From IMG/VR virus record IMGVR_UViG_3300030055_000003: a stretch of DNA of 64,000 nucleotides; one strand, given 5' to 3'. This document shows positions 29,020-39,427 of the stretch, piece after piece (position 1 is the first letter of the stretch; each line of letters starts with the position of its first letter). A program made the translations under genes and the position numbers. The DNA comes from a virus (Duplodnaviria; Caudoviricetes). Below the pieces are notes generated by a model. The model was not told where the DNA came from. It did no database searches and saw only the letters and a list, made by a program, of their open reading frames with translations.

Positions 29020-30651
29020 ATGAATGAAAAGGAATATTTAGAATTTATTAAACAGTGGAAAGAAGAGAATAAGGAATTAATTAAAAGTGGTAAGTGTAGA
29101 AAAACTTTTTTAGAATGTTTACCTAGGAAGTATGGAGTCGGTGGAAATAAAAATAAATTAGTTATTGATTGGATAAATTCAATTGGATATAATGTGTATT
29201 TTATATACGAAAATATTATAGGGTGGATTGAAATTATTAGTTATAAAAAAGATAAAAGAATATTAAAAGTAAAATACAACAAATTTGAATCAGAGATAAA
29301 TACTAATCAAATGTCAAACTGTAATATAGGAAGAATTATAGGAAAAATCACATCAGAATTCAAAATAGAAATTGGACAAACTTTTAAAGATAACAAAAGA
29401 GATATAACTGTAACTGATAAAGAAATTAGAATTAGATATAAAAAAGATGGTTCTTTGTGCAATGATAAATGGTACAAATACACTTGTAACGTTTGTAGTT
29501 GGAATGAAGGGTGGATGACAGAAGGAGATTTATTAAGAAAAGAAAAACGAGGATGTTCATGTTGTTCTGGGAAAACACTTATAGAAGGTATTAATGATGT
29601 AGCTACAATATCACCTTGTATAGTTAAATATTTTCAAGATGGTTATGATGAGGCTAAGAAGTATACAAAATGGGGAAGTGGAAACCCTGATAATCCAAAA
29701 GGTTATATCTATCCTATCTGTCCTGATTGTGGAAGAGTTAAAAAAAAGAAAACTAATATTGGTTATATTTACAAATCACATTCAATAGGGTGTTCTTGTA
29801 GTGATAATATTTCAAAAGGGGAAAAATATGTTTTTAGTTTATTAGAACAAATAGGTATAAAATTTATAACTCAATTATCAAAAAGAGAACAATCGTGGTG
29901 TAATAATTATAGATATGATTTTTATTTTCAGTTAGGTAATAAAGAAAATTATATAATAGAAGTAAATGGACAACAACATTACGAAGAAAATACTAATTTT
30001 GAAATGAATTTGGATGAACAGGTAGAGAATGATAAAAACAAAAAAGAACTAGCATTAAAAAATGACACAAAAGAAGAAAACTATATTATTATTGATTACA
30101 GAAAAGCTGATTTAAATTTGCTAAGAAAAAATATATTGAATGATAAAATATTAAATGAATTATTTGATTTAAGTAAAATTAATTGGATAAAATGCTATGA
30201 ATTTGCTTTGTCTAACTTAGTAAAAAAAGCTTGTGAACTTAAAAAACAAAATCCTAAGATGACTACTACTGAAATAGGTAAATTAATGGGAGGATATTGT
30301 AGGCTTTCAATTCAAAAATGGTTAGAATCTGGTAATGAATTGGGCTGGTGTCACTATAATAAAAATGAAGAAATAAATCAAAATTATAAAAACAGTGTAA
30401 TAAGAAATAAGAAAAATTATTCAAAACCAGTAGAAATATTTAAAGATGGAATTAGTCTAGGTTTATTCCCCTCAGCTAGTGAATTAGAAAGACAAAGCAT
30501 AGAACTTTTTAAAGTAAAATTAATTAGAAGTAATATTACTTTAGTCTGCCAAGAAAAACAAAAGCATCATAAAGGTTATGAATTTAATTATTTAACACAA
30601 GAAGAATATGATAGAAGGAAAAATGAAGAAAATTTAAAACAAGCAATATAA
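29020..30651 (+). CDS. Free-standing zinc-ribbon + PD-(D/E)xK (EDxHD/Vsr-like) putative homing endonuclease, copy 1
   Basis: CNVC, CSCC, CPDC motifs; RYDFYF...IIEVNGQQHY catalytic-like motif; C-terminal NUMOD1-like segment; paralog of 37877 and 51422 genes. Confidence 0.7.
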   Translation: MNEKEYLEFIKQWKEENKELIKSGKCRKTFLECLPRKYGVGGNKNKLVIDWINSIGYNVYFIYENIIGWIEIISYKKDKRILKVKYNKFESEINTNQMSNCNIGRIIGKITSEFKIEIGQTFKDNKRDITVTDKEIRIRYKKDGSLCNDKWYKYTCNVCSWNEGWMTEGDLLRKEKRGCSCCSGKTLIEGINDVATISPCIVKYFQDGYDEAKKYTKWGSGNPDNPKGYIYPICPDCGRVKKKKTNIGYIYKSHSIGCSCSDNISKGEKYVFSLLEQIGIKFITQLSKREQSWCNNYRYDFYFQLGNKENYIIEVNGQQHYEENTNFEMNLDEQVENDKNKKELALKNDTKEENYIIIDYRKADLNLLRKNILNDKILNELFDLSKINWIKCYEFALSNLVKKACELKKQNPKMTTTEIGKLMGGYCRLSIQKWLESGNELGWCHYNKNEEINQNYKNSVIRNKKNYSKPVEIFKDGISLGLFPSASELERQSIELFKVKLIRSNITLVCQEKQKHHKGYEFNYLTQEEYDRRKNEENLKQAI

Positions 30652-30657
30652 TAAGTG

Positions 30658-30684
30658 AGACATCTTTATATAAGGTGTCTTTTT
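30658..30684 (+). terminator. Rho-independent terminator
   Basis: agacatctt/aaggtgtct stem plus T run. Confidence 0.65.
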
Positions 30685-30720
30685 GTTATGTAAAAATAAA
30701 ATATAGAAAGAAGTGATGAT

Positions 30721-30882
30721 ATGAAATTAGGTGTATTAACGTCTTCTTATAAAATAAGGGGATATAACAATAATAAATTAATAGAAAAAACAGTTAATAA
30801 AAGTACAATTTTATGGGGTTTTATAGGCGTGAAAATTGAAGTATTCGATAGTATGAGAGAGTATTTGGGAGGTGATGGTTAG
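30721..30882 (+). CDS. Small hypothetical protein (53 aa; not in ORF track)
   Basis: ATG 30721 to TAG 30880-82, purine-rich RBS. Confidence 0.4.
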   Translation: MKLGVLTSSYKIRGYNNNKLIEKTVNKSTILWGFIGVKIEVFDSMREYLGGDG

Positions 30883-31466
30883 TGAATATTGATGATTTGA
30901 AAGAATTAGATGATTTTGATTTATTTAAAAAGTATATAAAAAATTTCATTATAGATAATGATGATTTGTTTCGTTTAATATGGTTTTCTAATAGTAACCC
31001 TTTAGATGAAGATATTTGCCAATATCCAGATAATCCTTGGGATATATTTAAACCATCATCAAATTCAGAACATGGTTGTTTATTATTTAGACGTAAGAAT
31101 GATATCGTTCAAAGTGGAGAACAAGTTTGCATTTTAATAACTTTTCATTCAGCGCCAAAAGGCAATTCTTTAACTTTTAGAGATATATTTGTAATTGTAA
31201 GAATTATAACAAAAGGTACTAATATACAAGAGTTAGAGAATGGTTTAAATCGTATAAATTGTATAGCCAAAATTTTTGATGATGAATTTAATCAAGCTAA
31301 TATAACTGGACTAGGTAAAACAAATAAAGAAAAATATCGTGATTTAAGTCTTAACGAGGAAAATGACGGTATGATGTTAATGTATACAGCTAATGATTTT
31401 AGTTATGATTATTTAAATAATAAAAATATTCAAAAACAAATAAGAGGTGATGATACTAATGAATAG
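30882..31466 (+). CDS. Putative tail completion/terminator protein
   Basis: 194 aa in neck-tail position; GGAGGTG RBS. Confidence 0.4.
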   Translation: MNIDDLKELDDFDLFKKYIKNFIIDNDDLFRLIWFSNSNPLDEDICQYPDNPWDIFKPSSNSEHGCLLFRRKNDIVQSGEQVCILITFHSAPKGNSLTFRDIFVIVRIITKGTNIQELENGLNRINCIAKIFDDEFNQANITGLGKTNKEKYRDLSLNEENDGMMLMYTANDFSYDYLNNKNIQKQIRGDDTNE

Positions 31467-32337
31467 TGATTCACTTAAGTATCAACTAATTAGAGGTTTA
31501 TCAATTATATTTCAAGATAATAATAATCAACGAATTAAAGTTAAACAACCTAAAATAGAAGATATAGACGATATTGGATTATTACCATATCTTAGTATGA
31601 CTTATATATTTAGAATACAAAAAGAACATTTACAAATATATGATGAAATAAAAGATAAAATAAATAATAAGTCATTATTTGAATCAATGATAATTCAAGA
31701 AGAAATATTAAACAGTAAATCAGATTTTAATATTTCAGAGTCAATAATTATGTTATTAATTCAATCATTAGCTTTTTTTTTAGATATTAAAGATTTTAAT
31801 AGAATTGGAGTATCTGATAACATTGATGCTATTATAGTTTATGATTTTAAAGATGTTAATGGGGAAATATGTAAGATTCCTATATTTCAGCTAGATAATA
31901 ATAACTTTGGTGAATTTAGTGAACTTATTAGAATTATTACTTGTAATAGCATCATTGAGATTGATAAAGATAATAATGTTAAAAAATTGTATTATGCAGA
32001 CCCAGAAGTTCAAAGAATGTATGAGGAACAAATTAAGTTATATTTAGAAGAAGAAAAGAAAGAAGAAAAAGAAAATCAATTGACTATATCTGATGTTATT
32101 GGTTCTATTTGTATTAATGAAAATACAAAATATAATTATAAAAACATACAAGATTTAACTATTTGGCAATTATTTTATCAATTTAATTCAATGTTTGCTA
32201 AAGAAAATATTGAAATAGTTAAATCTCAATATACATCTGGTAATTATAATTTTGAAAAAGTACCTGATTTAGATTGGTTGCGAAAAGTTAAAGTTAAATT
32301 ACCTAATGATATGGAAAACAATAAAATGAATGATTAA
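31447..32337 (+). CDS. Tail-module hypothetical protein (SPbeta Yom-like)
   Basis: 296 aa; LTISDVIGSI...IQDLTIWQLFYQF pattern before tail tube gene. Confidence 0.4.
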   Translation: MMILMNSDSLKYQLIRGLSIIFQDNNNQRIKVKQPKIEDIDDIGLLPYLSMTYIFRIQKEHLQIYDEIKDKINNKSLFESMIIQEEILNSKSDFNISESIIMLLIQSLAFFLDIKDFNRIGVSDNIDAIIVYDFKDVNGEICKIPIFQLDNNNFGEFSELIRIITCNSIIEIDKDNNVKKLYYADPEVQRMYEEQIKLYLEEEKKEEKENQLTISDVIGSICINENTKYNYKNIQDLTIWQLFYQFNSMFAKENIEIVKSQYTSGNYNFEKVPDLDWLRKVKVKLPNDMENNKMND

Positions 32338-32403
32338 GTCTTTATAATATAAAGACTTTTTTATTATATAAAAATTACACAAATTAAAAGGAGGAATTTA
32401 TAA

Positions 32404-33516
32404 ATGTCAAATATAATGGAAAGATTTGGTATACTAAATGCAAGTGAAGTAAAACTTTTTGATAAAAGTTCAGGTAAATTAATATTAAAAATACCACAAG
32501 CTAATACTTGTAGTTTGGAATACAAATCAACTCAAAAAACAGCAAAAGAACAAGGTTTAGATGTAATGGCGTGGTCAGTTGACCCACAAGGAACTTATAA
32601 AATGTCAACAGAGACAATATCATTTGCACAATTAGCAGAAGCTTTAGGTAGCAATGGTATGAAATTAAATACTGAAAATGGGACTTATGATAAATCAGAA
32701 ACATTTACAGTAACAACAGATGGTTCTATGGTAATTACATTAGTTTCTGAACCATTATTAAATTCAGTAACTAATTTCCATTTATTAACTAGAGACGGAG
32801 AATTACAAAAAGAACTTGTAGCAGTACAAGATGGAACAGATAAAAAGAAATTTACAATAACTGATACAGATTTAGTTGCAAATACTAGTATAGTTGAAGC
32901 TAACTATATTGAGTCAATGCCAATAGGTACTGTATATTCATTTAATGTAAGTGGAAAAGGAAGTTTAAATGGAGCAAGAAAGTTAGTCGCTAATGTATTA
33001 TGTAAAAATAGAGTAGATGGAACTATGAGTTTTAAACAGCTTGTTATTCCTAATGTATTGGCAGAAAATTCTATAACAATTACATTTGATGCTTCGAATC
33101 CATCTAAATTTGATATTTCAATGAAAGTTATGGCTGATTCTATATTAAAAGATGAGAATGGAGATCCACTTTTCTTCACTTTAAAGGAAAAAGCACCGAT
33201 TGTTGCAGTAGTAACACCAATTACAGATTTAGCTGGAAGTAGTTTAATAGCAGGACAAGCTAGTTTAACATTTACCGCACCAACATCAGCTACAAATATT
33301 GATTTGATGTACAAGTTAAGTACAGATAGTACATATTCTACAGTAGCTACTAGTGGAACTACTGGTGTGTATTTAAATGGAGGTGCAATAACTGCAACTT
33401 CAACTAGTGCATTAGTTAAAGGATTGACTTCAAGTAGCTCTTACAACTTTAAATTAGTTGTTACTGGAGGAACTCATGAAGGTACTTCAAATGTGTCAAC
33501 TACTACTATAGCATAA
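32404..33516 (+). CDS. Major tail (tube) protein with C-terminal fibronectin type III domain
   Basis: Strong AAAGGAGG RBS; SITITFDASNPSKFDISMKVMAD tube motif; LTFTAPTS...YKLS...VKGLTSSSSYNFKLVV FN3. Confidence 0.7.
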   Translation: MSNIMERFGILNASEVKLFDKSSGKLILKIPQANTCSLEYKSTQKTAKEQGLDVMAWSVDPQGTYKMSTETISFAQLAEALGSNGMKLNTENGTYDKSETFTVTTDGSMVITLVSEPLLNSVTNFHLLTRDGELQKELVAVQDGTDKKKFTITDTDLVANTSIVEANYIESMPIGTVYSFNVSGKGSLNGARKLVANVLCKNRVDGTMSFKQLVIPNVLAENSITITFDASNPSKFDISMKVMADSILKDENGDPLFFTLKEKAPIVAVVTPITDLAGSSLIAGQASLTFTAPTSATNIDLMYKLSTDSTYSTVATSGTTGVYLNGGAITATSTSALVKGLTSSSSYNFKLVVTGGTHEGTSNVSTTTIA

Positions 33517-33603
33517 TAAGTTATAGAAATTAAAATTAAATATTGATAGTAGGCACTTTCGGGTGTCTATTCTTGAGTATTTAAATAAATTAATATAAAA
33601 GGA

Positions 33604-34056
33604 GTGCAGATAATGGATTATGGAAGTATTGAAGAATTTTATGCACAGTTACAAAGAGATACTCTTCGAGAATTAGAAGAAATAGCAGTTAAAGTACAAC
33701 AAGATATTAGATTATATTTCTTAGAGAATATCTATAATTATGAACCAAAAGTTTATGAAAGAACTGACATGTTACTAAATTCATGCAAAGTATCGCCAGT
33801 ACAAAATAAAAATAGTGAGTTTTATATTGAAATATACATAGACCATGATACAGTACATGCAAATCCAGCTTGGTATGATGAATCTGAAATGGGAATATCT
33901 GTTGGAGACTACATGACACTTGATGAAGTCTCTGAGCATTTCGCACTTGAAATGGGTAAAGATGCAGTAGGAACGGTCAATGAAGAATGGGAAAGTACAG
34001 GAAAGTTTATAAATGAAATGATGTCATTTTTACGTTCAAAATACGATATGGTATAA
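33604..34056 (+). CDS. Tail-module hypothetical protein
   Basis: YEPKVYERTDMLLNS motif common in clostridial phage tail-region proteins. Confidence 0.45.
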   Translation: MQIMDYGSIEEFYAQLQRDTLRELEEIAVKVQQDIRLYFLENIYNYEPKVYERTDMLLNSCKVSPVQNKNSEFYIEIYIDHDTVHANPAWYDESEMGISVGDYMTLDEVSEHFALEMGKDAVGTVNEEWESTGKFINEMMSFLRSKYDMV

Positions 34057-34171
34057 TAAATTAATAGAACGAACATAATTCAAAACACAGATTTTAACAA
34101 GACTTTTATCTATATATTGTGGTTATATTTATTTATAAACACAATATATAGTGTATAAAAATTACTTAAAC

Positions 34172-34219
34172 AAATTAATAGAAATAAGTATTGACTTTAA
34201 TCTTTCCTAGGTGTAATAT
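34172..34219 (+). promoter_or_regulatory. sigmaA-type promoter with upstream AAATTAATAGAA box
   Basis: Box 34172-83, TTGACT 34191-96, 17 bp, TAATAT 34214-19. Confidence 0.7.
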
Positions 34220-34283
34220 TAATCTTGTAAAGGGAATTAATAACTTTTACAAAATAAATTAATATATTAAAGGAGAGAAAGAA

Positions 34284-35042
34284 ATGGACAAGAGGATTAT
34301 GATTTTTGAAAACAAAGAAGTTGAAGTATTTGAATACGAAGGGAGAGTTTTATTTAATCCAAAAGATGTTGCTAAGTGTTTAGACATTACTGATGTTAAT
34401 AGTAGTATGAGAAATTTTAATGAAAAGCAAGTAATAAAGCTAACTAATTCAGATATGCATGATGTGCAAATCCGAAAATTAAACAATGCTGGAGAGAAAT
34501 TCTTAACTGAGAGTGGAGTGTATAAGCTAATATTTAAATCTAAAAAAGAAGAAGCTGAAAAATTTCAAGATTGGGTAACTGATGAGGTTTTACCTTCATT
34601 AAGAAAGAATGGTACATATTCAATTACTACACCAAATGTAAATAACAATCTAGTAGATTTAGTACAAGCTACAATTACTAATATAATTCCATTAATAACT
34701 AACGAGATGGGTAAGTTAGTATTGCAATCACAAGATAAAATAGATCAAAGTATTGAAATGCTACATAATCAATCAGTAATATACGATTCAGACAGAGAAA
34801 ATTTAAAAGATTTAATTGGATTCCATTCAGTAAATACAACTAGAATAGTAAAGACTATCAAGGAAATACTAAGTGAAAAATTAGGATATCATATAATGGC
34901 TAATAATCCTATATTTCAAAAGGTTAAGAAATCAGTATTTAAAGAATTTAAAGTTATTAAATGGGAAGATGTTCCTGTAGAAAAATATTCAAGAGTATTT
35001 GCTTTTGTTGATGAGTATATTAGTGAAATGGAGTGTAAATAA
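34284..35042 (+). CDS. BRO-N family antirepressor-like protein
   Basis: FENKEVEVF...FNPKDVAKCL...FLTESGVYKLIFKSKKEEAEKFQDWVTDEVLPSLRKNGTY. Confidence 0.85.
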   Translation: MDKRIMIFENKEVEVFEYEGRVLFNPKDVAKCLDITDVNSSMRNFNEKQVIKLTNSDMHDVQIRKLNNAGEKFLTESGVYKLIFKSKKEEAEKFQDWVTDEVLPSLRKNGTYSITTPNVNNNLVDLVQATITNIIPLITNEMGKLVLQSQDKIDQSIEMLHNQSVIYDSDRENLKDLIGFHSVNTTRIVKTIKEILSEKLGYHIMANNPIFQKVKKSVFKEFKVIKWEDVPVEKYSRVFAFVDEYISEMECK

Positions 35043-35043
35043 T

Positions 35044-35550
35044 ATGAGTATAGATTGGAAAGAACAAATTAAAATAAATGAGAAATATAGTATAAAATTA
35101 TGCGAATTATTAAATAAAAGTGTTAAAAATAATAATGTAGAATATTTTCCATATGTATCTAGCGATACTGTTGGAGTTAAACAAATATTAGATAAACGAG
35201 GACTTCAATATAATGAAATATGTTTTGATTATAAAATAATAGAAGCAAGTAAATTAGAAGAAGTAAAAACCTTGATATATTATAATTTAGGGCGTGGAAT
35301 GTTCAAGTCGGTTTATCCAAGAGATAGAGATATTGAATTATATGATGATTTGGAATCAAATGGTTGGAATATTTATATAGATGAAGGAACATTATATATT
35401 AACAATAAAGGAGTTATGATAGAAGATATTATTTCTAAAGAAATTAATAAAGATAATATCAAATTGGAAGTAGATAGATATAATTATGATTGCTCGTATA
35501 TAGTTGTAACTAAAAATAATGATGAATTTACTATTGAATACATAGATTAA
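35044..35550 (+). CDS. Hypothetical protein
   Basis: ATG 1 nt after BRO stop. Confidence 0.55.
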   Translation: MSIDWKEQIKINEKYSIKLCELLNKSVKNNNVEYFPYVSSDTVGVKQILDKRGLQYNEICFDYKIIEASKLEEVKTLIYYNLGRGMFKSVYPRDRDIELYDDLESNGWNIYIDEGTLYINNKGVMIEDIISKEINKDNIKLEVDRYNYDCSYIVVTKNNDEFTIEYID

Positions 35551-35631
35551 CAAATTAATAGAATAATGAAAACATAAGACAATCCAAATGAAACAATATA
35601 GATTGGACTGAATTAGATGATAAAAGTATGT

Positions 35632-35660
35632 AAGACTAGAATTTATTTTCTAGTCTTTTT
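35632..35660. terminator. Bidirectional terminator between convergent genes
   Basis: aagactaga/tctagtctt stem with flanking A and T runs. Confidence 0.7.
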
Positions 35661-36477
35661 GCTTAGTAGTGGATTTATTTTTAGAAATTTCATTGAAAAA
35701 ATAAACAGAAGCATTTGATATAACTTGCAAGTCATTATCACTTAAATCTAATAATCCACCATGCGCATATATATTTCTTAATCTTGTTAAAAATCCAAGA
35801 AGTTCAGAAGAATTAGATTGCGAAGAAAGAATATTATAAATTAAGCGATACGATGGTATTAATTTAAATGTTATATTAAATTCTTCCATACTATAAATAT
35901 AATATTTATCAATTTCATTTTTATATTTTTCATAGATTGATGGTTCACAATTTAAAACTATGTTATTTAATATTGAATTAAGATTAGATTCAATATTAAA
36001 TTCCAAATCTAATTTAGATTGCATTTCTTCCATTTCAAGAATTTCTTTATCTGATTGAATTGGATTATAACCATTTTGTTCTTCAAATATTTCATTTTCT
36101 TTTATTTCTTTACGACCTAAAAGAAAGCCTGATTTATGTTCTTCTTTAAGTATATTAACCATTTTTAAAGTATATTGATTTAATAATGGTTTTTTATTAT
36201 ATTCGTGTCCAACCGCATCAGTATTACTAATATCCATCCAGTTTCCAATTTCAGAAGGTGGAAACATCTTTTGTTGAACTGGTTCTAATTCTAATAAATC
36301 ATTAGGAGTACACCTAAAGAGGTCACATAGCAAATCAATATGTCCTTTATCAATTTTTTCAAAGGTATTATTTACATATTTGCTAATAGTATTTTTATTG
36401 ATTCCAGTATAATCAGATACATCTTTTTGATTATATCGGCTATCTTTTAATAGTTTATCTAACTTCATTTTAGCCAT
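35650..36477 (-). CDS. Cro/C1-type HTH regulator with long C-terminal domain
   Basis: QKDVSDYTGINKNTISKYVNN...LCDLFRCTPNDLL; AGAGGTGAG RBS. Confidence 0.8.
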   Translation of the reverse strand: MAKMKLDKLLKDSRYNQKDVSDYTGINKNTISKYVNNTFEKIDKGHIDLLCDLFRCTPNDLLELEPVQQKMFPPSEIGNWMDISNTDAVGHEYNKKPLLNQYTLKMVNILKEEHKSGFLLGRKEIKENEIFEEQNGYNPIQSDKEILEMEEMQSKLDLEFNIESNLNSILNNIVLNCEPSIYEKYKNEIDKYYIYSMEEFNITFKLIPSYRLIYNILSSQSNSSELLGFLTRLRNIYAHGGLLDLSDNDLQVISNASVYFFNEISKNKSTTKQKD

Positions 36478-36563
36478 ATTCTCACCTCTTTTATAGTATA
36501 TAACATTTTTTGACTATATGCAATAAAGGGATTTAATATTTACTATAATACTTAAAAAACATA

Positions 36564-36592
36564 TTGACATTATACAAAAAGAGGATTACTAT
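36564..36592 (+). promoter_or_regulatory. sigmaA promoter divergent from HTH gene
   Basis: TTGACA-17-TACTAT. Confidence 0.7.
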
Positions 36593-36723
36593 AGTTACAT
36601 AAGGTAAGTTAATCCAACTTATCCAAATAAAAATAAGGCAACAACAAAAATAGTTATCACCTAATCCCTCAACAAGATTAATGATAACACATTGTTTAGC
36701 CTAAATCAAGGAGATGTGTTAAT

Positions 36724-37212
36724 ATGGAAAGTATTATGCAAACAGGAATGAAAAGAGAAAATTACTATGAAGGAACAATTATTGATATCCGTAAAATTTT
36801 TGTAGGCTTTGGTCATTATCTTGAAAGGTTAGGTATTGAGGAAGAAGGAGAAATTTCAGATTACGAACAGTATCTTATAGAAGTGGACAAGCGAAGGGAA
36901 TTGAAAAGGCAGGATGAGCATTTGCATTTGCTTAAATGGATTGATGAAAATACAGATGATGACTTTCCATTTAAAATTTCTACTAGGAAAGAATTTGATA
37001 GGTTTTATAATTCAGATGATGAAGATGATATAATGGACATGCTGATTATAGAATGTGATGAATTTTATGCTAGGTTTAAAGAAATAACAGGTGTAAATTT
37101 GTTGAGCAATAATGACTTTATAGAAATGTCATACATAGATGAATCACAAAATGATATAGAACTTGTAGTTAGGATAAATGATAGACAGGAAAGATTTATT
37201 ATAGGAGTTTAA
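36724..37212 (+). CDS. Acidic hypothetical protein, paralog of 50895-51257
   Basis: Shared EFDRFY, FxEIT, YIDE, RFII motifs. Confidence 0.65.
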   Translation: MESIMQTGMKRENYYEGTIIDIRKIFVGFGHYLERLGIEEEGEISDYEQYLIEVDKRRELKRQDEHLHLLKWIDENTDDDFPFKISTRKEFDRFYNSDDEDDIMDMLIIECDEFYARFKEITGVNLLSNNDFIEMSYIDESQNDIELVVRINDRQERFIIGV

Positions 37213-37265
37213 AAATTAAATATTGTTTAAATGAATAGATATGATATAATTAGAGTATAATAAAA

Positions 37266-37293
37266 GAAAAAGGAACGAATTGTAGTTCGTCCC
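37266..37293 (-). terminator. Terminator of the small hydrophobic peptide gene
   Basis: Minus strand gggacgaac-tacaa-ttcgttcc followed by TTTTT. Confidence 0.7.
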
Positions 37294-37326
37294 TCAGCCC
37301 CAGCTCTAATTCAAGTGTTCGGCTCT

Positions 37327-37461
37327 CTACTTCAGAATACTTAAAATTAGGGCTATTATTATGTCTTGACTTACGCCATTATTAATAGCGTATATAACTA
37401 ACTCAATAGCCAAAGAGAATAACAATAGTGTGCTAAAGCTTTTTATGTACCATTCTTTCAT
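37327..37461 (-). CDS. 44-aa hydrophobic peptide, type I toxin-like (not in ORF track)
   Basis: MKEWYIKSFSTLLLFSLAIELVIYAINNGVSQDIIIALILSILK; AAGGAGGTG RBS sequestered in a long 5' hairpin. Confidence 0.65.
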   Translation of the reverse strand: MKEWYIKSFSTLLLFSLAIELVIYAINNGVSQDIIIALILSILK

Positions 37462-37744
37462 AAAAACACCTCCTTTATAAAGTATTTTATTTTGGAAACA
37501 ATAATATTTCTAATGTAAAATACTTTAAAGAAGATGGCAAAGAGTTATGAATGGATACAATATTCTATATTAATTTAGATATAATGTTTTATTTTAAATA
37601 GGTTTAGTTTCATTTTCATAACATTTCATTTTTTCCCTTTATCTATTTTAATATAGTATGTTTATTATACCATAAAATTGGAAAACTGTAAAATTAGATA
37701 TAAAATTTTAGGATTGATTATAAATTACTTGAAAAAGTGTTATA

Positions 37745-37876
37745 ATATAGATATGGAAGGATAGATATATGAAGGGTTGCAAACTGGATTATATTGATAA
37801 GTGAATTTCGACCTCACTTCCTTTCTATTTTTATAAAATGGTCGAATAAATTAAATTATGAAAGGTCGAGATTGTA
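37745..37876 (+). promoter_or_regulatory. Hairpin/pseudoknot leader of endonuclease gene
   Basis: Extended -10 TGTTATAAT just upstream; stem aagtga/tcactt, loop atttcgacc; complements ggtcgaa 37840-46 and ggtcgag 37864-70. Confidence 0.65.
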
Positions 37877-39427
37877 ATGGAGGATAATAAACAACTAAAT
37901 CAAGAAGAATATATGGAGATTATTGAAAAATTTAAAAAAGAAAATAAAGAAGATTATGAAAAGGGTAAGATTAGAAAGGTATTTGATGAAAATCTTATAT
38001 ATAGTAAAAGTGGAAGAACTATTCATTGGAATGCTAGTATAGGTTATCAAGTATATTTTATACATGAAAATATAGAAGGATGGCTTAAAATAATTAATTA
38101 TGATGTAAAAACAAGAAAATTAACAATAGATTATAATAATGAATTGTTTTATATATTTTATGGAGATTTTTGCAAAGGTGGATTGTGTGCTATTTTGGGA
38201 ATTGTTACAGTAGATTTCAAAATAGAAATAGGACAAACATTTAAAGATGATAAAAGAGATTTAACTATTATTAATAGAGAATATAGAAAAGAAGAACATA
38301 TTGATAAAAAAGGTAGAAAAAGTATAGTGAATTTAAAATACTACACATATAAGTGTAATAAATGTGGGCACAAAGGATTGTCATTAGAAGGGTCATTATT
38401 ACGACAAAAGACAGGCTGTGCATGTTGTAATTCATCTAATAGAACTGTTGTATTGGGGATTAATACAATATATGATACTGATAAATGGATGATTCCATAT
38501 ATAGGTGAAGAATGTGCCAAAACTCATACTCATGGTAGCAATAAAAAAGTTGAAGTAACTTGTCCCGATTGTGGAAGAATTAAAAACAAACCTATGACAA
38601 TAGGTAATATTTATAAACGACATTCAATAGGATGTCATTATTGTTCTGATTCTGTAAGTTATCCAAATAAATTTGCATATGAACTATTAAATCAATTAAA
38701 TAAAATATATAAATTTATTTATTTTCAACATGAATATTCACCATCTTGGCTAGGTCAAAGAAGATTTGATAATTATTTTATATATAATGATAAAGAATAC
38801 ATAATAGAGATGGACGGAGGATTAGGTCATGGTAAAGGAAATTATAAAAATAACATGACATCTGAAGAATCTAAAGCTATTGATGATGAAAAAGATAGAT
38901 TAGCTAAAGAACACAATATTGAAGTAATCAGAATAGATTGTGAAATAAGTAGTTTGGATTATATTAAAAAACATATATTAGAAAGTAATTTAAATAAATT
39001 ATTTGATTTAAGCAAAATAAATTGGCTAAAAGTCGAAGAATTTGCATTATCTAATTTAGTTAAAGAAGCTTGTAATTTATGGGATAGTGGTATTCATGAT
39101 ACTTTGAAAATTGCTGAGATAATGAAATTATCGAGACCTACAATTACAACATATCTCAAAAAAGGTTCAAAGGAAGTATCTTGGTGTGAATATAACCCTA
39201 ATGAAGAAAGTAAAAAAGGTACTATTCAATGCAAACAAGTTAATAAAAAACCTTTAGAAGTATTTAAAGATAATATTTCTAAAGGAATATTTGAATCTGC
39301 TAGTGAATTAATAATAATAAGTGAAAAGTTATTCGGAGTTAAATTTGATTTTAGAAAAATATCATTAGTTTGTCTAGGAAAACAAAAGAAACATAAAGGA
39401 TATACATTTAAATATATAATGAATTGA
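37877..39427 (+). CDS. Free-standing zinc-ribbon + PD-(D/E)xK putative homing endonuclease, copy 2
   Basis: CNKC, CACC, CPDC; RRFDNYF...IIEMDGGLGH; C-terminal NUMOD1-like segment. Confidence 0.7.
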   Translation: MEDNKQLNQEEYMEIIEKFKKENKEDYEKGKIRKVFDENLIYSKSGRTIHWNASIGYQVYFIHENIEGWLKIINYDVKTRKLTIDYNNELFYIFYGDFCKGGLCAILGIVTVDFKIEIGQTFKDDKRDLTIINREYRKEEHIDKKGRKSIVNLKYYTYKCNKCGHKGLSLEGSLLRQKTGCACCNSSNRTVVLGINTIYDTDKWMIPYIGEECAKTHTHGSNKKVEVTCPDCGRIKNKPMTIGNIYKRHSIGCHYCSDSVSYPNKFAYELLNQLNKIYKFIYFQHEYSPSWLGQRRFDNYFIYNDKEYIIEMDGGLGHGKGNYKNNMTSEESKAIDDEKDRLAKEHNIEVIRIDCEISSLDYIKKHILESNLNKLFDLSKINWLKVEEFALSNLVKEACNLWDSGIHDTLKIAEIMKLSRPTITTYLKKGSKEVSWCEYNPNEESKKGTIQCKQVNKKPLEVFKDNISKGIFESASELIIISEKLFGVKFDFRKISLVCLGKQKKHKGYTFKYIMN

